From Octopus sinensis (Eukaryota), in assembly GCF_006345805.1 (NCBI RefSeq), contig NC_043007.1, forward strand, positions 3,162,001 to 3,226,000: DNA of 64,000 nucleotides, written 5' to 3'. The notes below the pieces were generated by a model. It was given only the letters and a program-made list of their open reading frames with translations, did no database searches and was not told where the DNA came from. Each line of letters begins with the position of its first letter. Positions within the stretch are counted from its first letter, which is position 1. Positions 25,002 through 38,887 of this stretch are shown here, one piece after another. Position numbers and translations under genes: made by a program.

Positions 25002-25862
25002 CCGACAGCGAAAATCTTAATAAAAATGATTTATAATCTATTTGTGACAATTTAGAATATATAGGATTTGGCGTGTGTGAAATGAGAATTTTTTTAATGT
25101 TTAAAAGGCAAACACTGATACGTCCTTATAAGTGTGTGTGTGTGTGTGGTGTGATTCTGTGTTTATTCGTACGTGTAAAGTGTTTTTGCATATCTTTGTT
25201 CGTTTAGAGGGGATGATTTTATGTATGAAAAATATACAGCACATTCATCACGTTTCCTTTATATTCTTCGCTTAAAGTTAAATCACAGAAGTAGATATTT
25301 GAGGTGTGATATAACAAAAAAAATCAGCGCATCAGGAAGAGAAGCGCATCACCTCGTAGGTAAATATATTTTTCAATATAAAAATCTAGTTAATACAGAA
25401 AATAATTTTCACACCCCTCTTCCAAAAAGATTGTGTCGGATAAGAAAAGTGTAATAGATTACATCGGCACCGAAGCTGGTTCGAATTAATACGAAAAGTA
25501 AAGAACTGAAAGATTAGAAAATGGTAGTTTTTTTAAAAGGTGCATTCCCTGACACATTGATAATTTTTGGTGAAATGTTTATTTGGAGACCAAAATAGAT
25601 TAAGTTCTTATCGATTTTATCTGGTACTAGGTTTGAAAAAAAGGCTCTAATTGTCATAAAGTTGTATAGTTTACCACCAATTCAGTGCAACACGTGCGGA
25701 CATTACAAGCATAGAATACACAGAAATCACGAAAGTCCATTTTAAATCGAACAATAAAACTGGTTTTACTCTTCTACCGCGCGGATGCAGAGACGCAAAT
25801 AAACTAACAACGGTTGTCAAAGTATGTGAGAAAAGAAACACAAAAAGATACACATGTGTGTG

Positions 25863-25927
<65 letters not shown>

Positions 25928-27204
25928 TCATAAATACTAATATACATATGTTCATGAATACATAAATGTGTGCGTATCTATACGGTGGGCTCCCACACAA
26001 TTTTTGTCTACCAGATTCCTTCGCAACTTAATGATCGTCCCGAGACTATATTCAACGAAATTTACCCAAGGTACCACGCAGTGGGATTGAACCCCCAAAA
26101 TAAGTTAATGTACTACTATTTAAACTGCAATTTGCAATGATAATATAGATTTATTCAGAACCAATACCGTAATGGAATAATGTAGGACTAAAAGGTGGGA
26201 CTCTGCGACGCTCATATTTTCTGCCTTGCTACAACAAACATATTATCAAAGAGATTATAAAAGGCATGAAAAGCAAACAAGAAAGTCAGATCTTACGTTC
26301 ACTTCATTAGAAAGTTGATCCTACTCAGTGGATACACTTTTGTACAGCTCTATATAGATTGGCTACGCTTTTGTATATTAAATTGATTAAGTATGCACAC
26401 GGTGTCAGGTTTACGGAAGGGAGTACTTCTTAATAATGATATTCACTTTTGGAAGATACTTTTGTTTTCAGTGATACAAAGTGGTTATAAAACTGGGGAA
26501 ACAACTACATACACCTTTAATAAAAAACGTTTGACATCATTAACAAAATTGTCAGAAAAATTAATAAATAATTTCTTTATAGAAAAATAAAATACCAGCA
26601 AAAATTAAAATACCGAACAATAAGAAAAACTTTTAAAATAATAAAATTAACAAAAGTAAATTGATTTCAATTTTCCCTCTTAGTATTCAGTGAACAGCAT
26701 CTATTGGATAGACGAACCGTGAAACCAATCTCACTATTATGACAAATTATTGATACAAATTCTTGTGTAAAAAAAACCCAAAATCGATTAATTTCAGACA
26801 AGAATCCAATACTTCAACGTACTTTAAATTAGTCTTAATTTTTTTTCTTCGTTAGACGTTCTGGTGGCTTCATATAAAATCACTGCAATTAAGCCATCAC
26901 ATATATAAAACTAACATGAAACGCTTTCCAAAGTTGCCTAAATCACATGTTGAGAAAGATATAATTCTGTTAAAATCGTTTTAATGATCCTATAAATTAA
27001 AACAAAAAACTTTTAATTTAAAACGTATTATCATACTTGAGCCATAATGTTCTGTTTTACACAGGTGATTAATTCTGTCATTGAAGCTCATATAATAGCA
27101 TGTGTTGTTGCTTCTATTAATGGAGTGCCCCCTTCTCCAAAATGTGTGGCATTATCTCAGCGATTGAAATCGTAATTCCAGTTACTTTATCTACATTTCA
27201 GTAG

Positions 27205-27489
27205 TGGCATGGCTCTCTACTCCCCAAAGCTACCCATGAGAACTACTCTGCCAATATATCTGGGCACACCTTTCAATGTTGTTTATGTCATAAGGTGTGC
27301 AAATCTAATGGAGGACTCAAAAGACATTTTCAGATGCACAAAGATCTGAACTTAACTTCAGCTCTTGGTGGTCCAAATCAGATATCAAACCAATGTGGGT
27401 GTCTTTTCAATACATTGTCTGGTTTAAAAAGTCTCATCAGACGCCATGATGGGTCTAAGGTGTTAGTGCAGGATCTGCATAAGGAGTAG
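27205..27489 (+). pseudogene. Remnant ORF with two C2H2-type zinc-finger-like motifs
   Basis: The open frame reads ...GHTFQCCLCHKVCKSNGGLKRHFQMH..NQCGCLFNTLSGLKSLIRRH..*. The first finger is canonical and the second is decayed. No TGEKP linker and no ATG. Confidence 0.5.
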
Positions 27490-27513
27490 ACAACCACCGT
27501 ATATAGATATATG

Positions 27514-27560
<47 letters not shown>

Positions 27561-27817
27561 ATATGTGTATATACACAATTTGTAGTGTAATATATGAATT
27601 CATAGAAAGCTATGGCTTTCAGAGAGAGTTCCTGTCACGGATTAGGCTATAACACCACTTGGTAATCTAACACAGAGGAGTAAAATTCCAAAGATCTATG
27701 CAGCTGAAATCCAGGAATCCCGATCGACTAAGAGAATTTCCTGAAGAGTCTATGAACTATAAAAAGTCAGGATTTATGAGATGCGAATATATATATATAT
27801 GTGTGTATATATATATA

Positions 27818-27865
<48 letters not shown>

Positions 27866-28644
27866 CTGTGTGTGTGTGTGTATTGAAACAATTTGCATCC
27901 TAAGAATTACGGTTGTTTTGCAGCCATCTTCTCGTAATAATTTCAAAGAATAAAAAATTGGTTACATACCTGCATTAATATGTACTATTTTATATTTACA
28001 AATTAATGTAGAGATCTATATCATCGGATTAGTAGAACATCCTGGTAACATAAACGATTCAGCCATCGGAGTTGAATTCAGAATTAGTGGGACGCAAAAT
28101 CACCAGTTTAACCTTGCAGCCGCTATGTCTATGAGATATAAAACTAAAATATTGTATTCGGTTTCTTTTCCAAGCGTTCGAAGGAACGCGCATCCCTATT
28201 AATCAAATATATTCTTATGAGATACAGCATTGAGGAAATATTCCTTTTTACGGCGTTAAATAGAAAATTCTTAGTTGAACAATAACATCTAATCATGGTT
28301 TCTAAGTAAAAAGGAAAAGACTTAGAAAGTATTAAGCGGTTTAATGAGTTTCCGATAAATAACTTAGAAGGATTCAAGTGACAGAGTGCTGGAACAGAAT
28401 GCCGTACAAATGATGGTTGCTTTTCTTGCTATTTAGCATTTGCTTTCAAATCTATATTAATTTGTTACTTAAGATGTCTTGATTAGTCTCGTGATCATAA
28501 ATTAATTAAGAATGTCAATGTGTTGGTGCAGAAGCGTCATTAGTGCGTAAATGAAGGTAAAGTAGCTGCAACTGATAATGGAGTTAGGGTCACGAAATTA
28601 TCACAACTTTAAACCAATTGCTGATTGTCTCTATCTATATAAAG

Positions 28645-28843
28645 AGAGAGATAGAGACAGACAGACAGACAGATAAACACAGATAGATAGATAGATAGAT
28701 AGATCGAGAGAGAGCGAGAGAGAGAGAGAGAGAGATAGAAATATAAGGGACATACGTTATTTTTTCTTCCAATTATCTGTATATTTAATGCAGTGGGGTT
28801 GATTCGAAATTATCTATCTATCTAACTGTTTATCTATCTATCC

Positions 28844-28877
<34 letters not shown>

Positions 28878-28900
28878 ATATATATATATATCTATCTATC

Positions 28901-28964
<64 letters not shown>

Positions 28965-29000
28965 GTCTATCTATCTATCTCTATCTGTATATATATATAT

Positions 29001-29032
<32 letters not shown>

Positions 29033-29050
29033 ATATATATACATATATAT
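28645..29050. repeat. Compound (GA)/(GACA)/(GATA)/(CTAT)/(TA) microsatellite region
   Basis: Direct inspection. Confidence 0.9.
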
Positions 29051-29149
29051 AAAGGTTACTCTGGGAAATTTATACAAAACAGTTACCATCTGTTCATCAT
29101 TGGGAAATAGTCTTTACAGAAAATATTTCCAGCGCACAAACCTCACGTG

Positions 29150-29600
29150 GTGAACTATGAGTTCTCTCAAATCAAACGAAAACGAAAAATGTTAGGACAC
29201 AATGAAAAACGAGACTCCGTTCCAAACCAGAATTGCGGCGAGAAATATTCATGGTTTGTATCTGATGTGATATGAATGATGTCGATCGTGAGTTGTTGAC
29301 GGAAAACGAAACATTCATCGCAGCGAATTATTGTCGTCAAATGGAATCATTAGAAAAGAATTTACTGAAAAGGTACCCATCAGTTGTCAATGATTATGAC
29401 ACAAAATATCGAAGTTTTGCCTCAGCCTCCTTCTTTACTGAGCTTTTCAGATCATTGCAGCATTATTTAAAAGGAAAACAGTTCTTAATTGTGAAGACGT
29501 TAAGAGTGATATGAAGAGTTTTTTTGCTTCGGAACCTGAGAATTTGCACGTCCGAAAGATGGGAATTTGGAATGGATAATGAGCGAAATTTTATATTGAA
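29150..29600 (+). mobile_element. mariner (DD34D, Mos1/Hsmar-like) transposase remnant with an internal deletion
   Basis: ELLTENETFIAANYCRQMESLEKNLLKRYPSVVN and FFTELFRSLQHYLKGKQF match the mariner 'ELL..TI.A..YC.QL' and 'LFRSLQ..L.GK.F' blocks. Confidence 0.7.
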
Positions 29601-30399
29601 AAAATATATCAATTGACACAAATCGACATTTGATTATTTCCTATCTTAAACTCGACTGATCCCTTTTACTGACATAATATGTGTGTGTTTGCATGTATCT
29701 GTGCGTGCGTATATACATTACATACACATATATACATATGTGCGTGTATGCGTGAACGTGTGTGCGTATATTGGATTGTATGTATATGCATGTATGTACG
29801 TATGTATGTATGCATGTATAGATGTCCGTGTGTATGTGTCATGTGTATGTATGTGTCATGATGGACAGTATTAGATACCATTTCTCAAAATGATTTCAAT
29901 AATAGAATACCATTTATAGTCCATTCATTTTGGATATCCAGTAATTTATACTGACAGATTTTCATTTATATAATTTATAAATTTAATGTCTAACAAATTT
30001 AGATTACTTAGATTCATGGTCGTAACATATTTACCCAAAATTAATGTTGGTTCCTGTCTGCGATGTTTCCTTTTACCTTTGCATGAATATTTTCAGCAGT
30101 TATTTCTAATTTACATTTCGTTATTGCAGGGTAATTTTATTTTACGACAAAACTTATAATTAGCGTTGTATACAAAAGCTATAAAACTTTCGATTGTATT
30201 GGAACGGCTTGAAAGTTTTCGAATAATGATAATTAATTAGAATGTGTTCAGACTTAATTTGACGAACATCTTGATGTACTGGTCAGCAGTCAATGACGCT
30301 GGAGAGCATAAAGATTAAATGCATAATTGAGGAAAGTTAGCTATGGAGAACCGAATGCTATGTGGATATTGGAAAATTGTTAATTGCATCATGAGGATT

Positions 30400-31112
30400 T
30401 GCCAACTGGTATGAACATGCCGACATCATGGTTGCTACCCGATGCACTGTTAACTTCGTTAAGGTTCTAAAATGTGACATAGGCAGCTACAGCGGAGGCA
30501 ACGAAATCATGACCGACATGAAGGGATACAGCAAGCATTAGGACTGCGTCCACCCGCCATAATACATTCCCACATCTATGAACAGGGTTTTAGGCTCAAT
30601 GCAGATGGCTATATGAAGCTACGAGGATCTGTGGTCAAATCCTGACTGGAAAGGGTTGCTGCTGGAAGGCCATATATGTAGCATCAGGATTTGGTTCCTC
30701 ATCAGATCCCGAATAAGTTAAAAGTGGTTGTCGGTGCCAGAGAAATTTTCAGACTACACCAGACACAATTTCTGGTCTCCTACTTTCCCGATTTTAATCA
30801 TATGGATTACTAAGTGTAGGCTGTGGTTTAGAAAGACACCAAACGCTCTGCCTGCAAGACCAAGGCCGAGCTGGTGGCCAAGATTAATGAGGTGTTCAAA
30901 GATCTTCCCAGGGATGCTGTGAGAAACGCATGAGCAGGATTCCGGAGTCGTCTTGACGCAAGGGTGGAGGCCGAGGTCGGCTTCTGTGCTTAAGCTCTTA
31001 TGTCCAAGCCATAATCTGTTTTTTTTATTTAAAAAACACTTTATTTTGGCTTAGGATTTTGTTTTCTTTTCCTTTCATGCAAACTATCCAATTTTAGCCC
31101 AAACACCCTGTA
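30400..31112 (+). mobile_element. Tc1/mariner (maT/DD37D-like) remnant with its right TIR
   Basis: IYEQGFRLNADGYMKL..LERVAAGRPYM*HQD..KDTKRSACKTKAELVAKINEVFKDLPRDAVRNA*AGFRSRL. Ends in CACCCTG|TA. Confidence 0.8.
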
Positions 31113-31794
31113 TTGCTATGCGCTCTGTATTATGATACGTTACTTTTATTCTATTTCTCATTTACACGCATTTTTGTTGTCATAGCAACTAAAAGTAGTC
31201 TTTATTAATCTGTAACATGTAACATACTTTTCTCTCAAAAGTTCTTGTTAGTGGCCACATACATGAAAATGCCGGTGCTGTATCTAACAACGATACTAAA
31301 ATCTTAATGACTAGTCCAGTTAGCTGCAAGGATTAACACGCATAATTTATTTTTTAGACAGACTTTAGATATGATTGTAATTTACATATTAATACTACTT
31401 AGTTATTTTGCGCTGTTAGATATAAACACTCGAGCATTTCTCATAAGCTAAGTCCTTTGCTGAATCCGGATGATAAAGGCGTATCAAAATTACTCAACGC
31501 GTTGAAAGCTAGGACCTACACCCAAAAAACACCGTCAGATATTCAGGCAAACTCACAAAGATGAATGGCATACGAGAAAATTTCAATATTAGATAATATA
31601 TGTAACATATTGAAAAAGTTTCTACAATGCAGATCAATTGTTTCGGAGCGCAATCTCAGAACATTACCGCTCAAACTTTTATCGATATTAATTTTATATT
31701 ATCAGTGGGCGACATAAAATATGGATATTTTATGTAATTCGATAGAATGAAATAACGACTTAATTTTACATGTTATTTAAAATAAGAAAGAGAG

Positions 31795-32160
31795 AGGAGC
31801 TGAAGTGGGTGTGTTGTAAGTAGCTTGCTTGCCAATCATAGGGTTTCGGGTTCAGTCCCACTGCGGGACAACTTGGTTAACTGTCTTCTACTATAGCTTC
31901 GGGCCGACCAAACATTGTGAGTGGAATTGGTAGACGGAAACTGAAAGCCCGTCGTATATATGTATGTGTGTGTGTGGTGTGTGTGTGTGTGTGTGTGTGT
32001 TTGTGTGTCTGCGTTTGTCCCCCAGCATCGCTTGACAACCGATGCTGGTGTGTTTACGTTCCCGTCACTTAGCGGTTCGGCAAAAGGAAACCGACAGAAT
32101 AAATACTAGGCTTACAAAAACTAAGTCAAATGAGTGAAACAAGTAAAAGAGTAAAAGAGT
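31795..32160 (+). mobile_element. SINE family B, full length, diverged
   Basis: Head with GGTTCAGTCCC, internal (TG)n, internally deleted tail ending GAAACAAGTAAAAGAGTAAAAGAG. Confidence 0.85.
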
Positions 32161-34003
32161 ATATATACACACATGAGTACATATGTAAATGTGGATTGGG
32201 TGCATGTTACTCATAGTATACAAATATCTATGCACAAGTCTTTACCCTATCAAATTTCCATGATTTCAAAGAAAAATATACACGAACTGAGCGGATTGAG
32301 ATGGTAGAGGGAAACGGGGTGGACGCCCGTCGTATAAATGTGCGTGTACTTGTCTTTGTGTTTGTCCCCACTACTTGACAACCGGTGCTGGTTTGTTTAT
32401 TTCTGTTCATGTAACTTAGCGGTTCAGCCAAATGTACCGGATAGAATAAATAACAGACTTTAGATTACAATTACTGAGATTGATTGGATCGGCTAAACTC
32501 TTCAAGGTGCTGCTCCAGTATGGCCGCAGTTCAATGACTGACACATGTGAAAGAATATAACAAGAGAATCGTAAAACCTATCAAATTATAGATTTCAAAG
32601 CTTTGGTTATTTCGCAGAAGTTAATCGATACATAATTATACATCAAATGATAGATAATATGATGTTTTGATAAGTAATGAGATTGTGTGACACTGATAAC
32701 ATTACTAAGTTAATTAGCAAAATGGATGGCGTTGAATGGCTTCAATTGGCTGCCGAAAGGAATTCTGTCGTAGTAAGAGCTTAGTTTCTTGTTTTTCCAG
32801 TCCAACTGTCACTATTTCTTTAATAGTTAATTCATCATTGGCCAAGAGGCAACTTGTTGAAAATGAGCCGATTATACGCGCAAATCAATTCCAGCATATT
32901 ATTCGAAGAACAAAAGACAATCTAGTACCTGGTTAGCATTCAATTCAGAACAATAGACGAGACGATCTATGGCATTTAGTGCATTACCCGTGAATTTCTT
33001 CTACTACTTCACAATGTACATACGTAATATTGATTTCTTTTTATTCACACAAATATATTCAGTGAAAGAAATGATCAAACAGCAGACAGAATGAACGACG
33101 GCGCTGGCTCATATCCATTGTCGTTCTACTTTCAAGTCAGCCATCTTTTATTTATTTTCAAGCATCCAAAATCTAAAACTTAAGCACAGATTTTATAAAG
33201 TCTCCATTTAATCTGCTGTTTCTACATACGTCTCAATGTTTGGTTTTCGGTATAAAACAATACACCGGAAGAGAAATCGCTTCCTCTACTGAATCAAGTC
33301 GACACCAGCGTATGAAAGGAAAATCAATCCCAGCTCTAAAGGAGAGCTTAGGGAGAGCCAGATATAAAAAAAGAGCAAGACGCAAAATATATATCTATAT
33401 TAGATATGGTTTCGAGATTGTTAGTGAAATAACACTTAGATAATAACTGGGTTTTGGGATTTATTGTGCTTGATTGGTAACAAATAACAACTATTTATTC
33501 TCTTCTGAGCTGTCTCCTATTTTCCCTTAACCTTCATTTATTGAGAGCAGAAAACCTCTGTGCCAAAATATCAAGAGGGTAGTACAGTAGAGAGATGTCG
33601 GCTACCCCAACCAAAGAATAAACGTCGCATAATTTTCTTTGCCTTTGTAAACGGAAAGCGGCATTTCGTTTGCGTCTGTTTACATTTTGATTTCATTTGT
33701 CTTAATTGCCCTACCTTTCATGCCTGAACGGAAGTACTCGATACGCTGTAGATGCAGTCGAAATGACTAACTTGTGACTTTCGGTACGAATATGCGACCC
33801 TGTGCTATACTGTGACAGAGGCAAGGTCGTGTCCTTTGGTCTTCTTGTATTTTTGTAAAGCAAACTTTACACATTCTACAGCAAACTTACAGAAGAAAAA
33901 TACATCATAATTAAATTAATAAAAATATCAAAATCAAAGCTTGGAAATTTATAAACGTTATAAAATATGCCCAGAACGAAGTGTAGTGACATTTTCATTA
34001 CGT

Positions 34004-34464
34004 ATATTTATTGGAATGTTGGCACGATTCTTTTGTTTATGTTATGAAACGCTTCAGTAAAACAAAACGAAAAGTGACCTTTCACAAGTGATATCACATC
34101 AGACGTGCGAAATCTTTAGTGGGCCAAAGCTGTAAACAATAAAACATATTACTTTGTGTTTTGATATTTCCATAAAATAAAAACAGCCATACATGGTTGA
34201 CATATTTTGAAAGAAACTTTCCTTGATTGCAAAATTGATAAATTGTTTCAAGTTTTGGAAATTAGTATTATATGAATACCAATTCATACGACTGTGTAAA
34301 ACATAAATGTCAAGTAAACGGGGGGGGGGGAATAAGAGATATTAGAAATATCACATCAAAAACAAAGCCATTTTTTATGGCTATTTTTTTGTATATTTTA
34401 ATGCTGCAGTCCTTCCTTCTTTCAAAAGTCAACAGTTACGAAGTACAAAACTTGATATTGAGCA
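34004..34464 (+). repeat. Local direct duplication, copy A (copy B at 35073-35178 and 35829-35993)
   Basis: ATATTTATTGGAATGTTGGCACGATTC..CAGCCATACATGG and TGTAAAACATAAATGTCAAG..GAAGTACAAA recur in the same orientation about 1.1-1.5 kb downstream. Confidence 0.9.
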
Positions 34465-35213
34465 AATAATAAAAACTGAAGTTATAAAATTGTTGTCGAT
34501 AGTATTAGGAATTTGTTTCTGTCTCTTAATTACTTTTGATTTCTTTAATCAGAGGACACGAGCGAAGCCAATTTACTCGTGCCTGTTATTTCATAAGACT
34601 TTGTGAACCCCGAAAAGATGAAGAGCAAAGGTAACGCTGCATTGATTAAAAGTCATTACTTGAACTTAAATAAACATTGTAACGTAAAATTCTACTTCCA
34701 TACCATCGACTCGAAAATACTATCAGAAAACAAAAATCGAACATAGATTTCTTTTAGCATAAAATAAAATTTGATGTAAAGGTCTAACTGGCAAAATATT
34801 AAACACTGGTACCTCAGGGAAACTGAAAGGACTTTAATTCGGTTTATATACCAAGTAAAGTTTTGGCTTTCATTTACACAAATTCTCCGTATAGAGAGAG
34901 CTTCTTACAAAATGATACTTTTTCATACTCGCACAATACCATATCTTCGTAGACAATGCTTATCGTAGATTCAGTTAAATCAGACATACATGCATGCACA
35001 AAAGCGACAGAGATGCAGGAAAAGCTGTAAAATTTGACGACCGATTCAGACTTTGTGGAGTTAACACCGAAGATATTTATTGGAATGTTGGCACGATTCT
35101 TTTGTTTATGTTATGAAACAATAAAAAATATTACTTTGTGTTTTGATATTTTCATAAAATAAAAACAGCCATACATGGTATGTATGTATGTATGTATGTA
35201 TGTATGTATGTAT

Positions 35214-35818
35214 GTATACTTGCAGATTGCTATGTTTTGTTCTATGTATGTATTCTCTTGCCTATAGTTGAGTACTCAGACATTCTTATATATACTTAAA
35301 GGATAAACTTCTGGAAAGTTTTACAGACACTTACAGTTCCAATGATGTAATGGATCTTTATCTTCGAATCAGCTTTCTCCCTTCTGGTTTTGAGAATCCT
35401 AATTGCTCAAGATTGGTATTTAGGCAGTGTGTTACATATCCCAATATCTCAATAATTACAGGTATAAACCTGACTTGTAATCTGAATTGAGTTACTGCAG
35501 ATGACTCAATAGTTCAGCGTAGGTATTTTCTTCTATATTGATCTTCAGCTTTATGTTCACATTTGCTTGGCAGCAGATGTCCACAACTGTACACAGTTTC
35601 TCTTCTTTATCTCAAATCACAATATCAGGTCTGTTGTGCTTACATTTTATTGAGGTTTTCACTGGGACATTCCACCAATGTTCGTTTTTATTATGACTGG
35701 CTATGGTCTCTACCATGCTGTAGGTTCTTATTTATTGGTCCTCGGGATTATCCTTTTGATGGATCTCATTATACAGTGTCTCATAGCTAGATAAATCCTC
35801 GATGACATTTTCGGAGCA
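35214..35818 (-). mobile_element. R4-clade RLE LINE 3' fragment, second family (left arm of an inverted pair)
   Basis: EHWWNVPVKTSIKCKHNRPDIVI*DKEEKLCTVVDICCQANVNIKLKINIEENTYAELL..FIPVIIEILGYVTHCL..CKTFQKFIL*. Has a (CATA)n tail. Confidence 0.85.
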
Positions 35819-35993
35819 CTACTTATGATGTAAAACATAAATGTCAAGTAAACGGGGGAAAAAGAAGATATATTAGAAATATCACATCAAAAACAAAGCC
35901 AGTTTTATGGCTTTTTTTGTATATTTTAATGCTGCAGTCCTCCCTTCTTTCAAAAGTCAACAGTTACGAAGTACAAACCTTGATTTTAAGCAA

Positions 35994-36445
35994 TGCTCCG
36001 AAAATGTCATCAAGGATTTATCTAGCTATGAGACACTGTATAATTAGATCCATCCAAAGGATAATCCCGAGGACCAATAAATAAGAACCCACAGCATGGT
36101 AGAGACCATAGCCAGTCATAATAAAAACGAAATACCTAGGCTGAACTATTGAGTCATCTGCAGTAACTCAATTCAGATTACAAGTCAGGTTTATACCTGT
36201 AATTATTGAGATATTGGGATATGTAACACACTGCCTAAATACCAATCTTGAGCAATTAGGATTCTCAAAACCAGAAAGGAGAAAGCTGATTCGAAGACTA
36301 CAGATCCGTTACATCATTGGAACTGTAAGTGTCTGTAAAACTTTCCACAAGTTTATCCTTTAAGTATATATAAGAATGTCTGAGTACTCAACTATAGGCA
36401 AGAGAATACATACGTAGAACAAAACATAGCAATCCGCAAGTATAC
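35994..36445 (+). mobile_element. Same RLE LINE fragment, inverted copy with an internal deletion (right arm)
   Basis: Reverse complement of the left arm with the same 5' breakpoint TGCTCCGAAAATGTC. It lacks the segment equivalent to about 35530-35680. Confidence 0.85.
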
Positions 36446-36704
36446 ATACATACCTACATGCATACATATATACAAACATACATATATACAAACATGCATA
36501 CATATAAAATTACCCTGTTGTTGATATTCAAATTCCAATGAAGGAGCCTTGGATCTAGGTTAGAAACCGGCTCTTGCTCTATTGGCAAGAAATCTTGTAA
36601 AACTGAATAATGACATGCATACCTAAATACATATCACTGTTCCACTGCATCACTGATAAAGTCACAAACTTTGAATCATCTGAAAATATATATAATGTGA
36701 GTAT

Positions 36705-36761
<57 letters not shown>

Positions 36762-37221
36762 TATATCTATATATATATTATTATATATATATAATATATA
36801 TATATAATATATATATATATATATACACGCGTGTGTGTATGTGTTTGCGTGGGCTTGTGTGTGTAGCGGCAGAAAGTTAACGAATTTTGATGATTTCTTT
36901 AACGACAACCGAAAGTAATCGTCTGATGGCGCAATCACTTACCGCGACAGCTCAAAGTCCTTTGATTTCACAACAGCAGGTTCTTTCAGTCTGGACTGTC
37001 GCTTCAGATTTTATTGATATTTATTCCACTGATGTAGTATTTTCATAGAATTTCTCCACCCGATTTGGTGCGACGGGGACATATGGCAATTCCAATTTCC
37101 GACTGGTCGACAATGGATAAATGGATAAATGGACCTGGCTGGCTAAAATTACAAAGTTACATTCTTTAAGGTATATCTTCGTTTTTGGTTTTATATTGCG
37201 TCTAGCCATCTTTATACATAA

Positions 37222-37234
37222 TCATATATGTATA

Positions 37235-37266
<32 letters not shown>

Positions 37267-37435
37267 CATTATATATTATATATAATACATTATATATATA
37301 TATATATACATTATATATATATATCTATATATATAGATATATATATTATATATACATTATATATATATATATTATATATATATTACATTATATATATATA
37401 TATATATATATATATCATATATATATATATATATA

Positions 37436-37487
<52 letters not shown>

Positions 37488-37568
37488 CATATATATATAT
37501 ATACATATATATTATATATACATATATATATATACATTATATATTATATATATATTATATATATATAC

Positions 37569-37606
<38 letters not shown>

Positions 37607-37635
37607 ATATATATATACATTATAATATATATATA

Positions 37636-37686
<51 letters not shown>

Positions 37687-37700
37687 ATATATATTATAAC
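37222..37700. repeat. Degenerate (TA)n tract of about 480 bp
   Basis: Direct inspection. Confidence 0.95.
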
Positions 37701-38817
37701 GTTATATTCACACACATATTTACAGTAGTATGGCAATATACTTTGATGCGATGCGCTTTAAGATAAGTTTTCGACTGCTTCATTATCGTTGCAGTATATC
37801 ATTGCCATCCATATCCTTGTTGCATCGAAATTGTGTTATGTAAGTATGGAAGGACAAGATTGTTATGAAAATCAATTACTGCATATCCGAATAACGTCAT
37901 AACCAAATGCTGATACTTCAATGCAGGTCTTACGTAAACTTTGAGTAGTTACGTAAGATAACTGTTATTCAATACAACCCACACCCGTCGCCAAATTAAA
38001 ATACTTTCAAATATGGAAAGAGAGAAATATATTGACGTTACGGCCACCTTGCTCAATTACTCGAAACATATGTATTAAATGTATATAAATTATCAATATT
38101 TGACTTTGTAATTATTCCGATATCTATGTATATGTGTGTTGTGTGTGTGTGTGTGTGGTGTGTGTGTGTGTGTGAGTGTGTGTGTGTATGTGTGTGTGGT
38201 GTGTGTGTGTGTGTGGTGTCTATATATATATATATATATCTTAAATATCATGGTAATATATTAAAATAATTAATTACCAGTGGTTAGCATCCATAAATAA
38301 AGGCCATAAGACGTATTCTATTTTTACAAATATAAGAGTGTATAAAATGTTTTTATACACAGAGGAGACCGTTGACAGGACTTCTTACATGCTAAAAAGG
38401 CCAGTTAAAATCCAAACCACGAAAAAGAAAATTCATTAGTCATGGCGTTATTACACTAGAACGAACAAAAAATAAATTAATCTCGAACTCGAGTTCGCAA
38501 TTAATTGTCAAATACACTAATTTGCAATCTGTAACTCATCAGCAGATTCATTAATTAATGAAGTATTCTATAGATGCAATTACTTACCTAAAACACGTGC
38601 GCAAGACAGCTATATCTTTAACAATTTAACGAAGTGCGCGAACGTAAATGTATAGTCCGGCAGTAAAGAAAGAAATGTTTAACTGTCACCTATACAGCCT
38701 CAGAATTAAACATTTCTATCATAAATATTAGGGTTTGGGTTTTGAGTGGCTTCTTTAGCATGTCAGGAGTTCTATCAACGGTCTTGGCGTATAAAAATAT
38801 TTCATACACACTTATTT

Positions 38818-38887
<70 letters not shown>

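Noticed and set aside
31628-31690. Minus-strand hairpin followed by CGAAACAATTG, hammerhead-like
   Set aside because: There is no recognisable CUGANGA in register and no matching helix I.
32800-32930. Plus-strand exon candidate after a strong pyrimidine tract
   Set aside because: The donor (GTTAGC) is weak, the peptide is unrecognisable, and there are no partner exons.
33645-33686. TGTAAAC..GTTTACA hairpin as a pre-miRNA
   Set aside because: The stem is short and bulged, about 40 nt in total, too small for a canonical precursor.
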